Shown here: positions 21,018-33,297 of the stretch, in pieces
Layout: every line of letters begins with the position of its first letter
How positions within the stretch are numbered: the first letter of the stretch is position 1
Assembly: GCA_965198005.1 (NCBI GenBank)
Contig: CBDAOI010000004.1
Location: 1,920,001-1,984,000, forward strand
From: Spirochaetia bacterium
GTDB lineage: Bacteria > Spirochaetota > Spirochaetia > SZUA-6 > Bin103
DNA: 64,000 nucleotides
Direction of reading: 5' to 3'
The notes under the pieces: model-generated
Told to the model about the DNA's origin: nothing
Database searches by the model: none
The model's input: the letters and a program-made list of their open reading frames with translations, nothing else
Translations under genes and position numbers: made by a program

Positions 21018-21052
21018 AGGGAGCTGGGGGCTGAAGAGCCCCCCAGCTCCCT
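21018..21052 (+). terminator. Strong GC hairpin after SBP (stabiliser or terminator)
   Basis: AGGGAGCTGGGGGCT-gaag-AGCCCCCCAGCTCCCT; no U tract. Confidence 0.45.
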
Positions 21053-21155
21053 CATGGGAAACCGCGAGGTGCGCGGTTGAAGCGCAGGCAGTGCGAGACC
21101 ATAAGCTGGACCCGCGGGAGCACCTTCGAGGGATAAGGCACCTCGGTTGCGTCAC

Positions 21156-22161
21156 ATGAGAGCCTATATCATCAGGCGGTTATTGCTCATAATCCCCACC
21201 TTGTTCATAATGAGCATCCTGGTCTTTCTTTCTGTCCGTTTCATCCCCGGCGACGTAATAGACCTGATGTTGGTTAGGATGCAAGAAACGGCGAGTGGCC
21301 ACATTGACCGCGAAACCCGTCTCGAGCGTTATCTGGGATTGGACGTGCCTGTGCACGTGCAGTATGGACGCTGGATGGGAGTGTTGCCGACCCCCGGCTG
21401 GATTACCGGTGAGCCCTTCTTTAGAGGTCTGCTTCAGGGCAGCCTTGGCGAATCACTGATACGCGGCGCTGTGCGGTAGAGGAGGAGATACGAAGTAGAT
21501 TGCCGGTGACCATCGAACTCGGTTTCATGGCAATCGTAATCGGCTTGATAGTAGCGCTGCCAATCGGCATCTACTCGGCGATTCGCCAGGATACGGCCGC
21601 CGACTATGTGGGGCGCTCGGTCGCCATCATCGGCCTGGCGACGCCGAACTTCTGGTTGGGAATTATGGTCATGATCTTCCCGGCAATCTGGTGGGGTTGG
21701 TCGCCGCCGATGGAGTGGATACCTTTGACCGAAGACCCGCTGGGGAATATTGGGGTGTTCATCATTCCCAGCCTGATTCTGGGGACGGCCTGTCCGCTGC
21801 CACCATGCGGATGACGCGTACGATGGTGCTGGAGGTGCTCAGGCAAGACTATATCAGGACGGCTTGGTCCAAGGGCTTGAAGGAGAGGGTCGTCATCATG
21901 AGACACGCCCTCAAGAACGCATTCATGCCGATAGTTACCCTGGTGGGCATGCAGTTGCCTGTCCTGGTCGGTGGCTCGGTTATCATGGAGAACATATTCA
22001 ACCTACCGGGTCTGGGTCGTCTCATGGTGATGGCGCTCATTGAGAGAGACTACCCAGTGGTCTCGGGAGTAAACCTGTTTTTCGCCACCGCGGTTGTGGG
22101 AATCAATCTTATGATAGACCTGATCTATCCCTATTTGGACCCGAGGGTCCGCTATAGCTAA
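21156..22161 (+). pseudogene. DppB-type permease with frameshifts (~21470, ~21790)
   Basis: Three consecutive ORFs each match parts of the dppB at 50858. Confidence 0.85.
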
Positions 22162-22177
22162 TGGGGAAACGGCCAGC

Positions 22178-23098
22178 ATGAGTGACGGCAAGGGGATACC
22201 ATCCGCAGTAAGCGAGCCAAAGGGTCACGCCCGGCCGGCAGATTTCTTTGTCAGGCTGTGGAGGGAGAAGCCGCTGGGCATCGTCAGCGGGATCATCGTA
22301 CTGATTTTGATCGTGGTCGCTATCTTTGGCGATGTTCTGGCCCCTTATCCATATTGGGAGGTGCATCAGTTAGACAGGTTGCAGGGCGCATCAGCCCAGT
22401 ATGTGTTGGGTACCGACCAGTTGGGGCGAGACTTGTTGAGCCGACTTATCTACGGGGCTCGTCTTTCGTTGGTTGTCGGTCTGGCGGCGACTGCTCTCAA
22501 TGTTCTGGTCGCTGTCATGCTAGGCGGCACTTCGGGGTTCCTCGGTGGCAAATTCGACCTGGTTGTGCAGAGATTCGTCGATGCCTGGATGTCTTTCCCG
22601 GGGCTGCTGCTGTTGTTAACCGTAATGTCCATAGCGGGCCGAGGGCTGTTACAGATAATACTGGTCCTGGGCATATCTGGAGGAATTGGCGGCTCGAGAA
22701 TAATGAGAAGCGCCGTTATTGGTGTGAAAGAGAACGCCTATTTCCAGATGGCAGAGGCGATTGGCAATACAAGATGGAGAATACTCATTCGACATGTCCT
22801 GCCCAATATTGCGCCTCCCGTAATCATCATATTCAGCATCAACATCGGTGCGGTGATCATGTCTGAGGCTTCCTTGAGCTTCCTGGGATTCGGTCTGCCG
22901 ACCCAGGTTCCGAGCTGGGGAGGTATGCTCAGCAGGGAGGGGCGTCTCTACATGGAGATGGCGCCACGGCTGGCTCTCTGGCCTGGTTTTTGCCTGACGA
23001 TTACCGTTTACAGTCTAAACATGTTCGGCGACGCCATGAGGGATCTGCTCGACCCGCGGCTGAGGGGCGGTGGTGGTGGTTTCGATGCCGGAAGATAA
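22178..23098 (+). CDS. ABC permease, DppC/OppC-like
   Basis: LGTDQLGRD, RHVLPN, EASLSFLGFG, PSWGGML, GDAMRDLLDPR. Confidence 0.92.
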   Translation: MSDGKGIPSAVSEPKGHARPADFFVRLWREKPLGIVSGIIVLILIVVAIFGDVLAPYPYWEVHQLDRLQGASAQYVLGTDQLGRDLLSRLIYGARLSLVVGLAATALNVLVAVMLGGTSGFLGGKFDLVVQRFVDAWMSFPGLLLLLTVMSIAGRGLLQIILVLGISGGIGGSRIMRSAVIGVKENAYFQMAEAIGNTRWRILIRHVLPNIAPPVIIIFSINIGAVIMSEASLSFLGFGLPTQVPSWGGMLSREGRLYMEMAPRLALWPGFCLTITVYSLNMFGDAMRDLLDPRLRGGGGGFDAGR

Positions 23099-23183
23099 CG
23101 CCAGCGCCAGGCGTGACGTACCGCCATGGGGTTTCCCTAATCGGAATGCCGCCCAGGGTGACCACGCGCCCGCGCGCGGGGTG

Positions 23184-23393
23184 CGCCGATTGAGGCGGTC
23201 GGGCACACGGACACACCTTCTGGTACGCAATGCCCGCGGCGAGCGGCAGCGCATCGTGCAGGCCGACCAGATACTGTTCCTGCATCCGGCGCGGACGCTG
23301 CCCCGAGGCAACGCGATCGAGGTGGGCACGGACGCGCTGCCGGAGGTGGTGCTGGAGGTGGACAACACCACGGACGTGCGCCGCGGCAAGCTC
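23184..23393 (+). pseudogene. Uma2-like endonuclease internal fragment
   Basis: QADQILFLHP..LPEVVLEVDNTTDVRRGKL. Confidence 0.5.
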
Positions 23394-23427
23394 GGCTGCG
23401 CCGAGCCCACGGTAGCCGCCGTAGTCG

Positions 23428-23457
23428 TTGATTTCCGGGCGCGCGCGTTGGTATACT
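23428..23457 (+). promoter_or_regulatory. Sigma70-type promoter for secG-atp
   Basis: TTGATT-N18-TATACT with extended TGn. Confidence 0.5.
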
Positions 23458-23481
23458 ACCCTCGACCCCCAAATCGGTAGC

Positions 23482-23934
23482 ATGGCTGTAGTCTCGATTC
23501 TCATTCTCGTGGTGTTCGTGCTGAGTGCGCTCCTGCTGATGGTGGTGGTCCTGCTCCAGGATGATCAGGGGGGCGGGATCGCCAGCATGTTCGGCGGCGG
23601 CAGCAGCACCCCGTTCGGCGCCCGCACCGGTAACGTGATGACCCGGCTCACCGCGGTGCTGGCCACCATCTTCCTGGTCGCGGCCTTTTCCATGGCGTGG
23701 CTCAACCGCACGCCCGACGTCGGCAACGTGATCGGCCGCGCGCGCGCCGAGCAGCTGCGCGGGATCGAGCGCACCGACTGGTGGGTGGAGGCCCCGGCGG
23801 CCGCGGCGGTCACGCCGCAACCGGTCGCGCTCGAGACCGGCGCGGCGCCGGCCGGGGACGAACCGGTCGCAGCCGAGTCGGTGGACGAGGGTGGGGAAGG
23901 CGCTCCCGCGGCGGCCGGTGACGACCGGCAGTAG
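23482..23934 (+). CDS. secG: Preprotein translocase subunit SecG
   Basis: VVLLQDDQGGGIASMFGGGS..FG..GNVMTRLTAVLA. Confidence 0.9.
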   Translation: MAVVSILILVVFVLSALLLMVVVLLQDDQGGGIASMFGGGSSTPFGARTGNVMTRLTAVLATIFLVAAFSMAWLNRTPDVGNVIGRARAEQLRGIERTDWWVEAPAAAAVTPQPVALETGAAPAGDEPVAAESVDEGGEGAPAAAGDDRQ

Positions 23935-23986
23935 CGGACGGTAGCCGGGCACCGGCAATGAAGCACCAGCAATCGAAGCACCAGCA

Positions 23987-24961
23987 ATGAAGATCGTCCT
24001 CATCCTTCTGGTCGCGCTCGCCGTCATCGTGGTCGGCAATACCGTGCTGCCGGTGCCGCAGGCGGCGATCGAGGTGGCCGCCGAGCAGATCGGTCTCGGC
24101 CCGGTGACCAACGCCCTGCTGACCTCGTTCATCCTCAGCGCGGTCATCCTGATCGTGGCGCTGGTGGTCGGGCGCAACCTGAAACTGCGCCCCGGCGGAC
24201 TGCAGAACGTGATCGAGGCGATGATCGAGGGGCTGAACAACCTGGTGCACCAGACCGCGTCCCGCGCCTGGGCGCCCCGGTTCTTCCCCATCTGCAGCAC
24301 CATCTTCATCTTTTTGCTGGTCTCCAACTGGTTCGGCATCCTCAGTCCCGCGCTCGGCAGCATCGGCCTGGTCCACGTCGCCGAGCACGGCGGCCTCGCA
24401 CCCCACGAGATCGTGTTCCTGCGCGGCAGCGCCGAGCAGGTGGCCGCCGACCACGCCGCGCACGCCGGCGAGGACGCCCACGCCGAACCGGACGGCGAGG
24501 CGCCGGGCGAGGCCGGCGAGCACGCGTCCCGCTTCGCCATCGTGCCGTTGCTGCGCGCGCCGAGCAGCGACCTCAACCTGACCCTGACCCTGGCCCTGAT
24601 CACGATGTTCCTGGTGCAGGTATTCGGCTTCTGGAGCCGCGGGATGGGCCATCTCGCCCATTTCTTCCGCTTCAAGAGCCTGCGCACCAAGGGCATCGGC
24701 ATGGGCTTGGTGGACATTTTCGTCGGCCTGATCGAGGGCCTCAGCGAGTTCGCGAAGGTGATCTCCTTTTCGTTCCGGCTGTTCGGCAACATCTTCGCGG
24801 GCGAGGTGATCCTGATCGTGATGTCCAGCCTGGTATCGCTGGTGCTGGTGGTCGCGTTCTTCGGCCTCGAGATCTTCGTCGGCCTGATTCAGGCGTTCGT
24901 GTTCTTCATTCTGTCGCTGGCGTTCTTCTCCCTGGCCACCGCCCACGACGAGGAGCATTGA
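23987..24961 (+). CDS. atpB: F0F1 ATP synthase subunit a
   Basis: PGGLQNVIE, PSSDLN, SFSFRLFGNIFAGE, IQAFVF. Confidence 0.95.
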   Translation: MKIVLILLVALAVIVVGNTVLPVPQAAIEVAAEQIGLGPVTNALLTSFILSAVILIVALVVGRNLKLRPGGLQNVIEAMIEGLNNLVHQTASRAWAPRFFPICSTIFIFLLVSNWFGILSPALGSIGLVHVAEHGGLAPHEIVFLRGSAEQVAADHAAHAGEDAHAEPDGEAPGEAGEHASRFAIVPLLRAPSSDLNLTLTLALITMFLVQVFGFWSRGMGHLAHFFRFKSLRTKGIGMGLVDIFVGLIEGLSEFAKVISFSFRLFGNIFAGEVILIVMSSLVSLVLVVAFFGLEIFVGLIQAFVFFILSLAFFSLATAHDEEH

Positions 24962-24989
24962 GGAGCATCGCGAGGAGCATCGGTGATGA

Positions 24990-25271
<282 letters not shown>

Positions 25272-25285
25272 GTTCCGAGGCTACC

Positions 25286-25789
25286 GTGCAGGCTCTCGGA
25301 ATCTCTCTCTTCGGATTGATCGCGTACGCGATCAACTTCGTGATCCTGGTGGTGTTGCTGCGCCTGCTGCTCTACCAGCCGGTCAAGCAGATGCTGGCGG
25401 CGCGCAAGCAGCGTATCGCCGAGGGGCTGGACGCCGCGGAACGGGCTGCCGCCGAGGCCGCCGAGCAGCGCACCCGCTTCGAGCGGGAGCTGGAGCAGGC
25501 GCGCGGCGCGGCCCAGGCGGAAGCCGCCAAGCTGGCGCAGCAGGCCGAGCAGGTGCGCCACGAGGTGCTCCAGGCCGCCGAGCAGGAGGCCGCCGAGATC
25601 AAGGCGCGCGCCCATGAGGAGATCGAGCAGCAGCGGCAGCAGGCGGCGGCCGAGCTGGAGCAGCACACCGCGGAGCTGGCCCTGGCCGTGGCGCGCAAGG
25701 TGGTAGGCGCGGCCCTCGACCAGCAGGCGCAGCGCCGCCTGGTGGACCGGTTCGTGCAGGAGTTGGGTGTCGCCGGGGAACGCCCGTGA
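25286..25789 (+). CDS. atpF: F0F1 ATP synthase subunit b
   Basis: N-terminal TM helix INFVIL..YQPV, then coiled coil. Confidence 0.92.
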   Translation: MQALGISLFGLIAYAINFVILVVLLRLLLYQPVKQMLAARKQRIAEGLDAAERAAAEAAEQRTRFERELEQARGAAQAEAAKLAQQAEQVRHEVLQAAEQEAAEIKARAHEEIEQQRQQAAAELEQHTAELALAVARKVVGAALDQQAQRRLVDRFVQELGVAGERP

Positions 25790-26301
25790 CCGACGCCCGC
25801 AGCTATGCGCTGGCGGCGTTCGCGACCGCGGCGGAACCCTGGCTGACCGCCCTGCGCACCCTGCAAGGGCGGCTGGAGCGGGAGCCGGAGCTGCTGGCGC
25901 GGCTGGCGGACAAGACGGCGGCGTTCAGTGCCCGCGAACAGCGCCTCGCGGAGCTGCTGCCGGACGGCGTCAGTGACGCCTGCCGCAATTTCCTGCGCAT
26001 GTTGCTTGATCGCGGCGATCTGGGCCAGTTGGCGGCCATCGTCGATTGGATGGGGGCGATGGCCAGCGGCGGCCCGGCCGCCCGCATGGCGATCGTCACC
26101 ACCGCCTACGCGCTGGACGGCGCGCAACGGCAGCGCTTCGTCGACACCCTCCAGCACACCCACGGCGCCGACCTGCGCTTGTCGTTTGCGGTAGACCCGG
26201 CGATCGTCGGCGGCGCGGTGGTGCGGATCGGCGACCAGGTGATCGACGGCAGCGTGCGCGCGCGGATGCAGGCGATCGACGGCGTCCTGGCGCGGCGCTG
26301 A
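25786..26301 (+). CDS. atpH: F0F1 ATP synthase subunit delta
   Basis: ARSYALA, VDPAIVGGAVVRIGDQVIDGSV. Confidence 0.92.
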   Translation: MTDARSYALAAFATAAEPWLTALRTLQGRLEREPELLARLADKTAAFSAREQRLAELLPDGVSDACRNFLRMLLDRGDLGQLAAIVDWMGAMASGGPAARMAIVTTAYALDGAQRQRFVDTLQHTHGADLRLSFAVDPAIVGGAVVRIGDQVIDGSVRARMQAIDGVLARR

Positions 26302-26325
26302 CGGGAGACCGGAGGGAGACTGACG

Positions 26326-27858
<1,533 letters not shown>

Positions 27859-27876
27859 CGGCCCGCAACGATCTGC

Positions 27877-28812
27877 ATGGCAACGACCCGTGAGTTGCGC
27901 AAGCGGATTCGCAGCATCCGCAACCTGTCGCAGGTGACCCGCGCAATGGAGATGGTGGCCGCCTCGCGCATGCGCCGCGCCCAGGAGCAGGTGGCCGCGT
28001 CCCGCCCCTACGCCGCCAAGGCGTGGGAGCTGCTGACCCAGCTTGCCACCCAGCAGGCGGTGATCGACGTTCCCGCACCGCTCCTGACCGGCCGCGATCC
28101 GGTGCGCGCGGTGGTGCTGATCCTGATTTCGGGCGACCGCGGGCTGGCCGGCGCCTACAACGGGTCGGTGCTCCGCGCCGCGCGCGTGTTCATGGAGCGC
28201 CAGCACGGTCCCGAGCGGCGCCTGATCACCGTCGGCCGCAAGGGGCGCGACGCGATGCTGCGCGCCGGGCAGGTCATCGAGGCCGAGTTCGGAGACCTGC
28301 CCGACCGTCCCGGCGAGATGGACGTGGCGCCGATCGCGCGGCGCGCTACCGACGGCTTCCTGAGCGGCGCCAGCGACGCGGTGTTCATCGCCTACACCGA
28401 CTTCCTCAACGTGCTGCGCCAGGAACCGCAGGTGCGGCGGCTGTTGCCGCTGCATCCGCTGGAGCTGGACGCGGAGCCGGTGCGCGGCGAGCGTACCCCG
28501 GTGATGGCCCGCTATCTGCGCGCCACGCCGCCGCCGCTGGCCGGCGGCTACAGCTACGAGCCGGCCATGGAGGATCTGCTGGAGCAGGTGGTGCGCCGGT
28601 TCGTGGAGCTGCAGATCTATCAGGCGGTGGTGGAGTCGCTGGCGAGCGAGCATGCCGCGCGCATGGTCGCCATGCGCCAAGCCACGGACAACGCCAACGA
28701 CCTGCTGAAGGACCTGAGGATGAGCTACAACAAGTTGCGCCAACAGTCGATCACGGAGGAGATGCTGGACATCGCGGGCGGCGCGGAAGCGCTGGCCGCG
28801 GCGGCCCGGTGA
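27877..28812 (+). CDS. atpG: F0F1 ATP synthase subunit gamma
   Basis: VTRAMEMVAA, SEHAARMVAM..ATDNA, RQQSITEE. Confidence 0.96.
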   Translation: MATTRELRKRIRSIRNLSQVTRAMEMVAASRMRRAQEQVAASRPYAAKAWELLTQLATQQAVIDVPAPLLTGRDPVRAVVLILISGDRGLAGAYNGSVLRAARVFMERQHGPERRLITVGRKGRDAMLRAGQVIEAEFGDLPDRPGEMDVAPIARRATDGFLSGASDAVFIAYTDFLNVLRQEPQVRRLLPLHPLELDAEPVRGERTPVMARYLRATPPPLAGGYSYEPAMEDLLEQVVRRFVELQIYQAVVESLASEHAARMVAMRQATDNANDLLKDLRMSYNKLRQQSITEEMLDIAGGAEALAAAAR

Positions 28813-30273
<1,461 letters not shown>

Positions 30274-30275
30274 CC

Positions 30276-30689
30276 ATGAGCACCCTGCGGCTCGAGCTCC
30301 TCACCATCGAACGCCAGCTCCTCGACGAGCAGGTGAACATGGTGATCGCCCCGGGGGCGGACGGCGTGGTCGGCATTCTGCCGCATCACCAGCCGCTGCT
30401 TACCGCCCTGCAGCACGGCGAACTGATCATCCGCGTGGACGGGAAGGCCGACCGCTACGTCGCCATCGGCGGGGGCGTGATGCAGGTGCTGCCCGACCAC
30501 GTGGTAGTGCTGGCCGACCGCGCCGAGCATGCCGAGGAGATCGACCTGGCGCTGGCCGAGGAAGCGCACCGGCGGGCGGTGGAATCGCTGGAACGCGGTC
30601 CCACCGGGATGGAGCTGGGCCACGCCCGCGAAGTGGCGCGCCACTCGGCGGTTCGGCTGGCGGTGGCGCGCCGGTACCGCGGTCGTTGA
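30276..30689 (+). CDS. atpC: F0F1 ATP synthase subunit epsilon
   Basis: PGADGVVGILPHH, GGVMQV, position in operon. Confidence 0.93.
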   Translation: MSTLRLELLTIERQLLDEQVNMVIAPGADGVVGILPHHQPLLTALQHGELIIRVDGKADRYVAIGGGVMQVLPDHVVVLADRAEHAEEIDLALAEEAHRRAVESLERGPTGMELGHAREVARHSAVRLAVARRYRGR

Positions 30690-32473
30690 TGGCGGCGAAT
30701 CCCGTGACCGAGACGCTTGATCCCACCGTCCTGGCCGACTGGCAGATCGCCGAGGCCGCGGCCCGGCGCATGAAGACCGTGCAGCAGCTCGGCGCGGAGC
30801 TGCAGTTGCAGCCGGCGGAGGTGCTGCCGTACGGCCACCACGTCGGCAAGCTCGACTACGCCCGCATCCTGGAGCGGCTGGCGGGGCAGCCCACCGGCCG
30901 CTACGTCAACGTGACCGCGATCACGCCGACGCCGCTCGGCGAAGGCAAGACCACCACCACGATGGGGCTGGTGCAGGGGCTGGCCGCGATCGGGCGGCGG
31001 GTGGTGGGCACCATTCGCCAGCCGTCGGGCGGCCCGACCTTCAACATCAAGGGATCGGCCGCGGGCGGCGGCTTGGCGCAGTGCATTCCGCTCACCGACC
31101 TCAGCCTCGGCCTGACCGGCGACATCGACGCCGTCACCAACGCTCACAACCTGGCGCTGGTGGCGCTCACGGCCCGCCTGCAGCACGAGGCCAACTACGG
31201 CGACAAGGCGCTGGCGCGCCGCAAGCTGCGCCGCCTCGCCATCGACCCGCGCACCGTGACCATGGGCTGGGCGCTCGACTTCAGTGCGCAGGCGCTGCGC
31301 GAAATCGTGATCGGGCTCGGCGGCCGGATGGACGGGGTGCCGATGCGCAGCGGGTTCCAGATCTCGGTGTCGTCGGAAGTGATGGCGATTCTGGCGGTGG
31401 CCACCGATCTGGCCGATCTGCGCGCGCGGCTGGGCCGCATCGTGCTCGCGCACGGGCACGACGGCAGCCCGGTGACCACCGCCGACCTGGAGGTGGACGG
31501 CGCGATGGCCGCGCTCATGGCGCGCGCGATCAACCCCAACCTGATGCAGACCCTCGAGGGGCAGCCGGTGCTGGTGCACGCCGGCCCGTTCGCCAACATC
31601 GCGCTCGGACAGTCGTCGATCATCGCCGACCGGGTGGGGCTCAAGCTGGCCGACTACTTGGTCACGGAGAGCGGCTTCGGCGCCGACATCGGCTTCGAGA
31701 AGTTCTGGAACCTGAAGTGCCGGGCCGGCGGACTGGTGCCGAACTGCTCGGTGGTCGTGTGCACGCTCCGGGCGCTCAAGATGCACGGCGGCGGCCCGCG
31801 GGTGGTGCCGGGGCGGCCGCTCGACCGCGCCTATACCGAGGCCGCCCCCGAGCTGGTGGAGCGCGGCGTGGCGAACCTGGCGGCGCACGTGGCCACGGTG
31901 CGCAGGAGCGGGGTGCCGGCGGTGGTGTGCGTCAACCACTTCCACACCGACACCGACGCCGAGGTCGCCGTGGTGGACGAGGCCGCGCGGGCGCTGGGCG
32001 TGCCGTGCGTGGTGAGCCGGCATTGGCGGCATGGGGGGGAGGGGGCGCGCGCGCTGGCTGAGGCGGTGGTGGCCGCCTGCGAGACGCCGGTGGACTTCCG
32101 CTACCTCTACCCCGAAACGCTGCCGCTGCGGGCGCGGATCGAGCGGATCACCACCGAGGTGTACGGCGGGGCGGGGGTCAGCTACGAGCCGGACGCACTG
32201 GCCAAGGTGGCCGCGGTCGAGCGCGACCCCGCGCTGGCGCGGCTGGGCACGTGCATGGCCAAGACCCACCTCAGCCTGAGCCACGACCCGGCGTTGAAGG
32301 GGCGGCCGACCGGCTGGGAGCTGCCGGTGCGCGACCTGCTGCTGTACCACGGCGCCGGACTGGCGGTGCCGGTGGCCGGCGACGTCAAGCTGCTGCCCGG
32401 CACGGCCTCGGATCCCGCCTTCCGCCGGATCGACGTCGACCCGGCCACCGGCCGCGTGCGCGGCCTGCACTGA
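30689..32473 (+). CDS. fhs: Formate--tetrahydrofolate ligase
   Basis: TAITPTPLGEGKTTT, IKGSAAGGG, VHAGPFANIA, TESGFGADIGFEKF; TGATG overlap with atpC. Confidence 0.95.
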   Translation: MAANPVTETLDPTVLADWQIAEAAARRMKTVQQLGAELQLQPAEVLPYGHHVGKLDYARILERLAGQPTGRYVNVTAITPTPLGEGKTTTTMGLVQGLAAIGRRVVGTIRQPSGGPTFNIKGSAAGGGLAQCIPLTDLSLGLTGDIDAVTNAHNLALVALTARLQHEANYGDKALARRKLRRLAIDPRTVTMGWALDFSAQALREIVIGLGGRMDGVPMRSGFQISVSSEVMAILAVATDLADLRARLGRIVLAHGHDGSPVTTADLEVDGAMAALMARAINPNLMQTLEGQPVLVHAGPFANIALGQSSIIADRVGLKLADYLVTESGFGADIGFEKFWNLKCRAGGLVPNCSVVVCTLRALKMHGGGPRVVPGRPLDRAYTEAAPELVERGVANLAAHVATVRRSGVPAVVCVNHFHTDTDAEVAVVDEAARALGVPCVVSRHWRHGGEGARALAEAVVAACETPVDFRYLYPETLPLRARIERITTEVYGGAGVSYEPDALAKVAAVERDPALARLGTCMAKTHLSLSHDPALKGRPTGWELPVRDLLLYHGAGLAVPVAGDVKLLPGTASDPAFRRIDVDPATGRVRGLH

Positions 32474-32520
32474 ACGCGCCGCTGCCCACGCCGAAATGCA
32501 GAGTGAGCGCTTGCTCGTTC

Positions 32521-33297
32521 CTACTGCGAGGTGTAGCCGCCGTCCACCGGCAGGCAGGCGCCGGTGATGAAGGAGGCGTCGTCGGAGGCCAGGAACAGCG
32601 CGGCCCGGGCGACCTCGTCGGGTTGTCCCAGCCGGCCGAGCGGCGCCATCGCCACGATCTGGCGCAGCCACTCCGGGTCGTCGGTGAGCGTGCGGGTGAG
32701 CGGCGTGTAGATGAACCCCGGACACAGCGCGTTGACCCGAATGCCGTGCCGGCCCAGGCTGTTCGCCAGGTCGCGGGTCAGGCTGATCACCGCCCCCTTG
32801 CTCGGCGGGTAGGGGTCGTGACCGGTGCCGAAGAACGCCGGCCGGCCCACCAGCCCGTAGATCGACGACAGATTGACCACCGCGCCGCCGCCCTGGCGCT
32901 CCATCTGCGCCGTGGCGTAGCGCGCCATCAGGTAGGTGCCCTTGACGTTGACCCCCATCACCCAGTCCCAGGTCTGCTCGATGTCCCACTCCGGCGGCGC
33001 GTAGCGCGGCGTCACTCCGGCACAGTTGACCAGAATGTCGAGCCGCGCGAACCGTTCGACCGTGGTGCGCACCAGCCGCTCCGCGTCGCCGCCGCGCGTG
33101 ACGTCACCGGTGAGCGCGATCGTCCTTCCGCCAGCGCCGGCGATCGCCCGCGCACACCGCGCGGCCGTCTCCGGGTCGAGGTCGGCCGCCGCCACGGCCG
33201 CCCCCTCGCTTCCGAACAGGAGCGCGGTCGCTCGGCCGATGCCGGAGCCCGCGCCGGTGATCAGCGCCACCTTGCCGTCGAGTCTGCCGCGGCTCAC
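32521..33297 (-). CDS. Short-chain dehydrogenase/reductase
   Basis: TGAGSGIG, NCAG, YPPSK, IRVNALCPG. Confidence 0.92.
   Translation of the reverse strand: MSRGRLDGKVALITGAGSGIGRATALLFGSEGAAVAAADLDPETAARCARAIAGAGGRTIALTGDVTRGGDAERLVRTTVERFARLDILVNCAGVTPRYAPPEWDIEQTWDWVMGVNVKGTYLMARYATAQMERQGGGAVVNLSSIYGLVGRPAFFGTGHDPYPPSKGAVISLTRDLANSLGRHGIRVNALCPGFIYTPLTRTLTDDPEWLRQIVAMAPLGRLGQPDEVARAALFLASDDASFITGACLPVDGGYTSQ

Noticed and set aside
5452-23098. True integron (attC cassette array)
   Set aside because: No IntI and no attC-type sites identified; the repeats are coding-sequence homologies.
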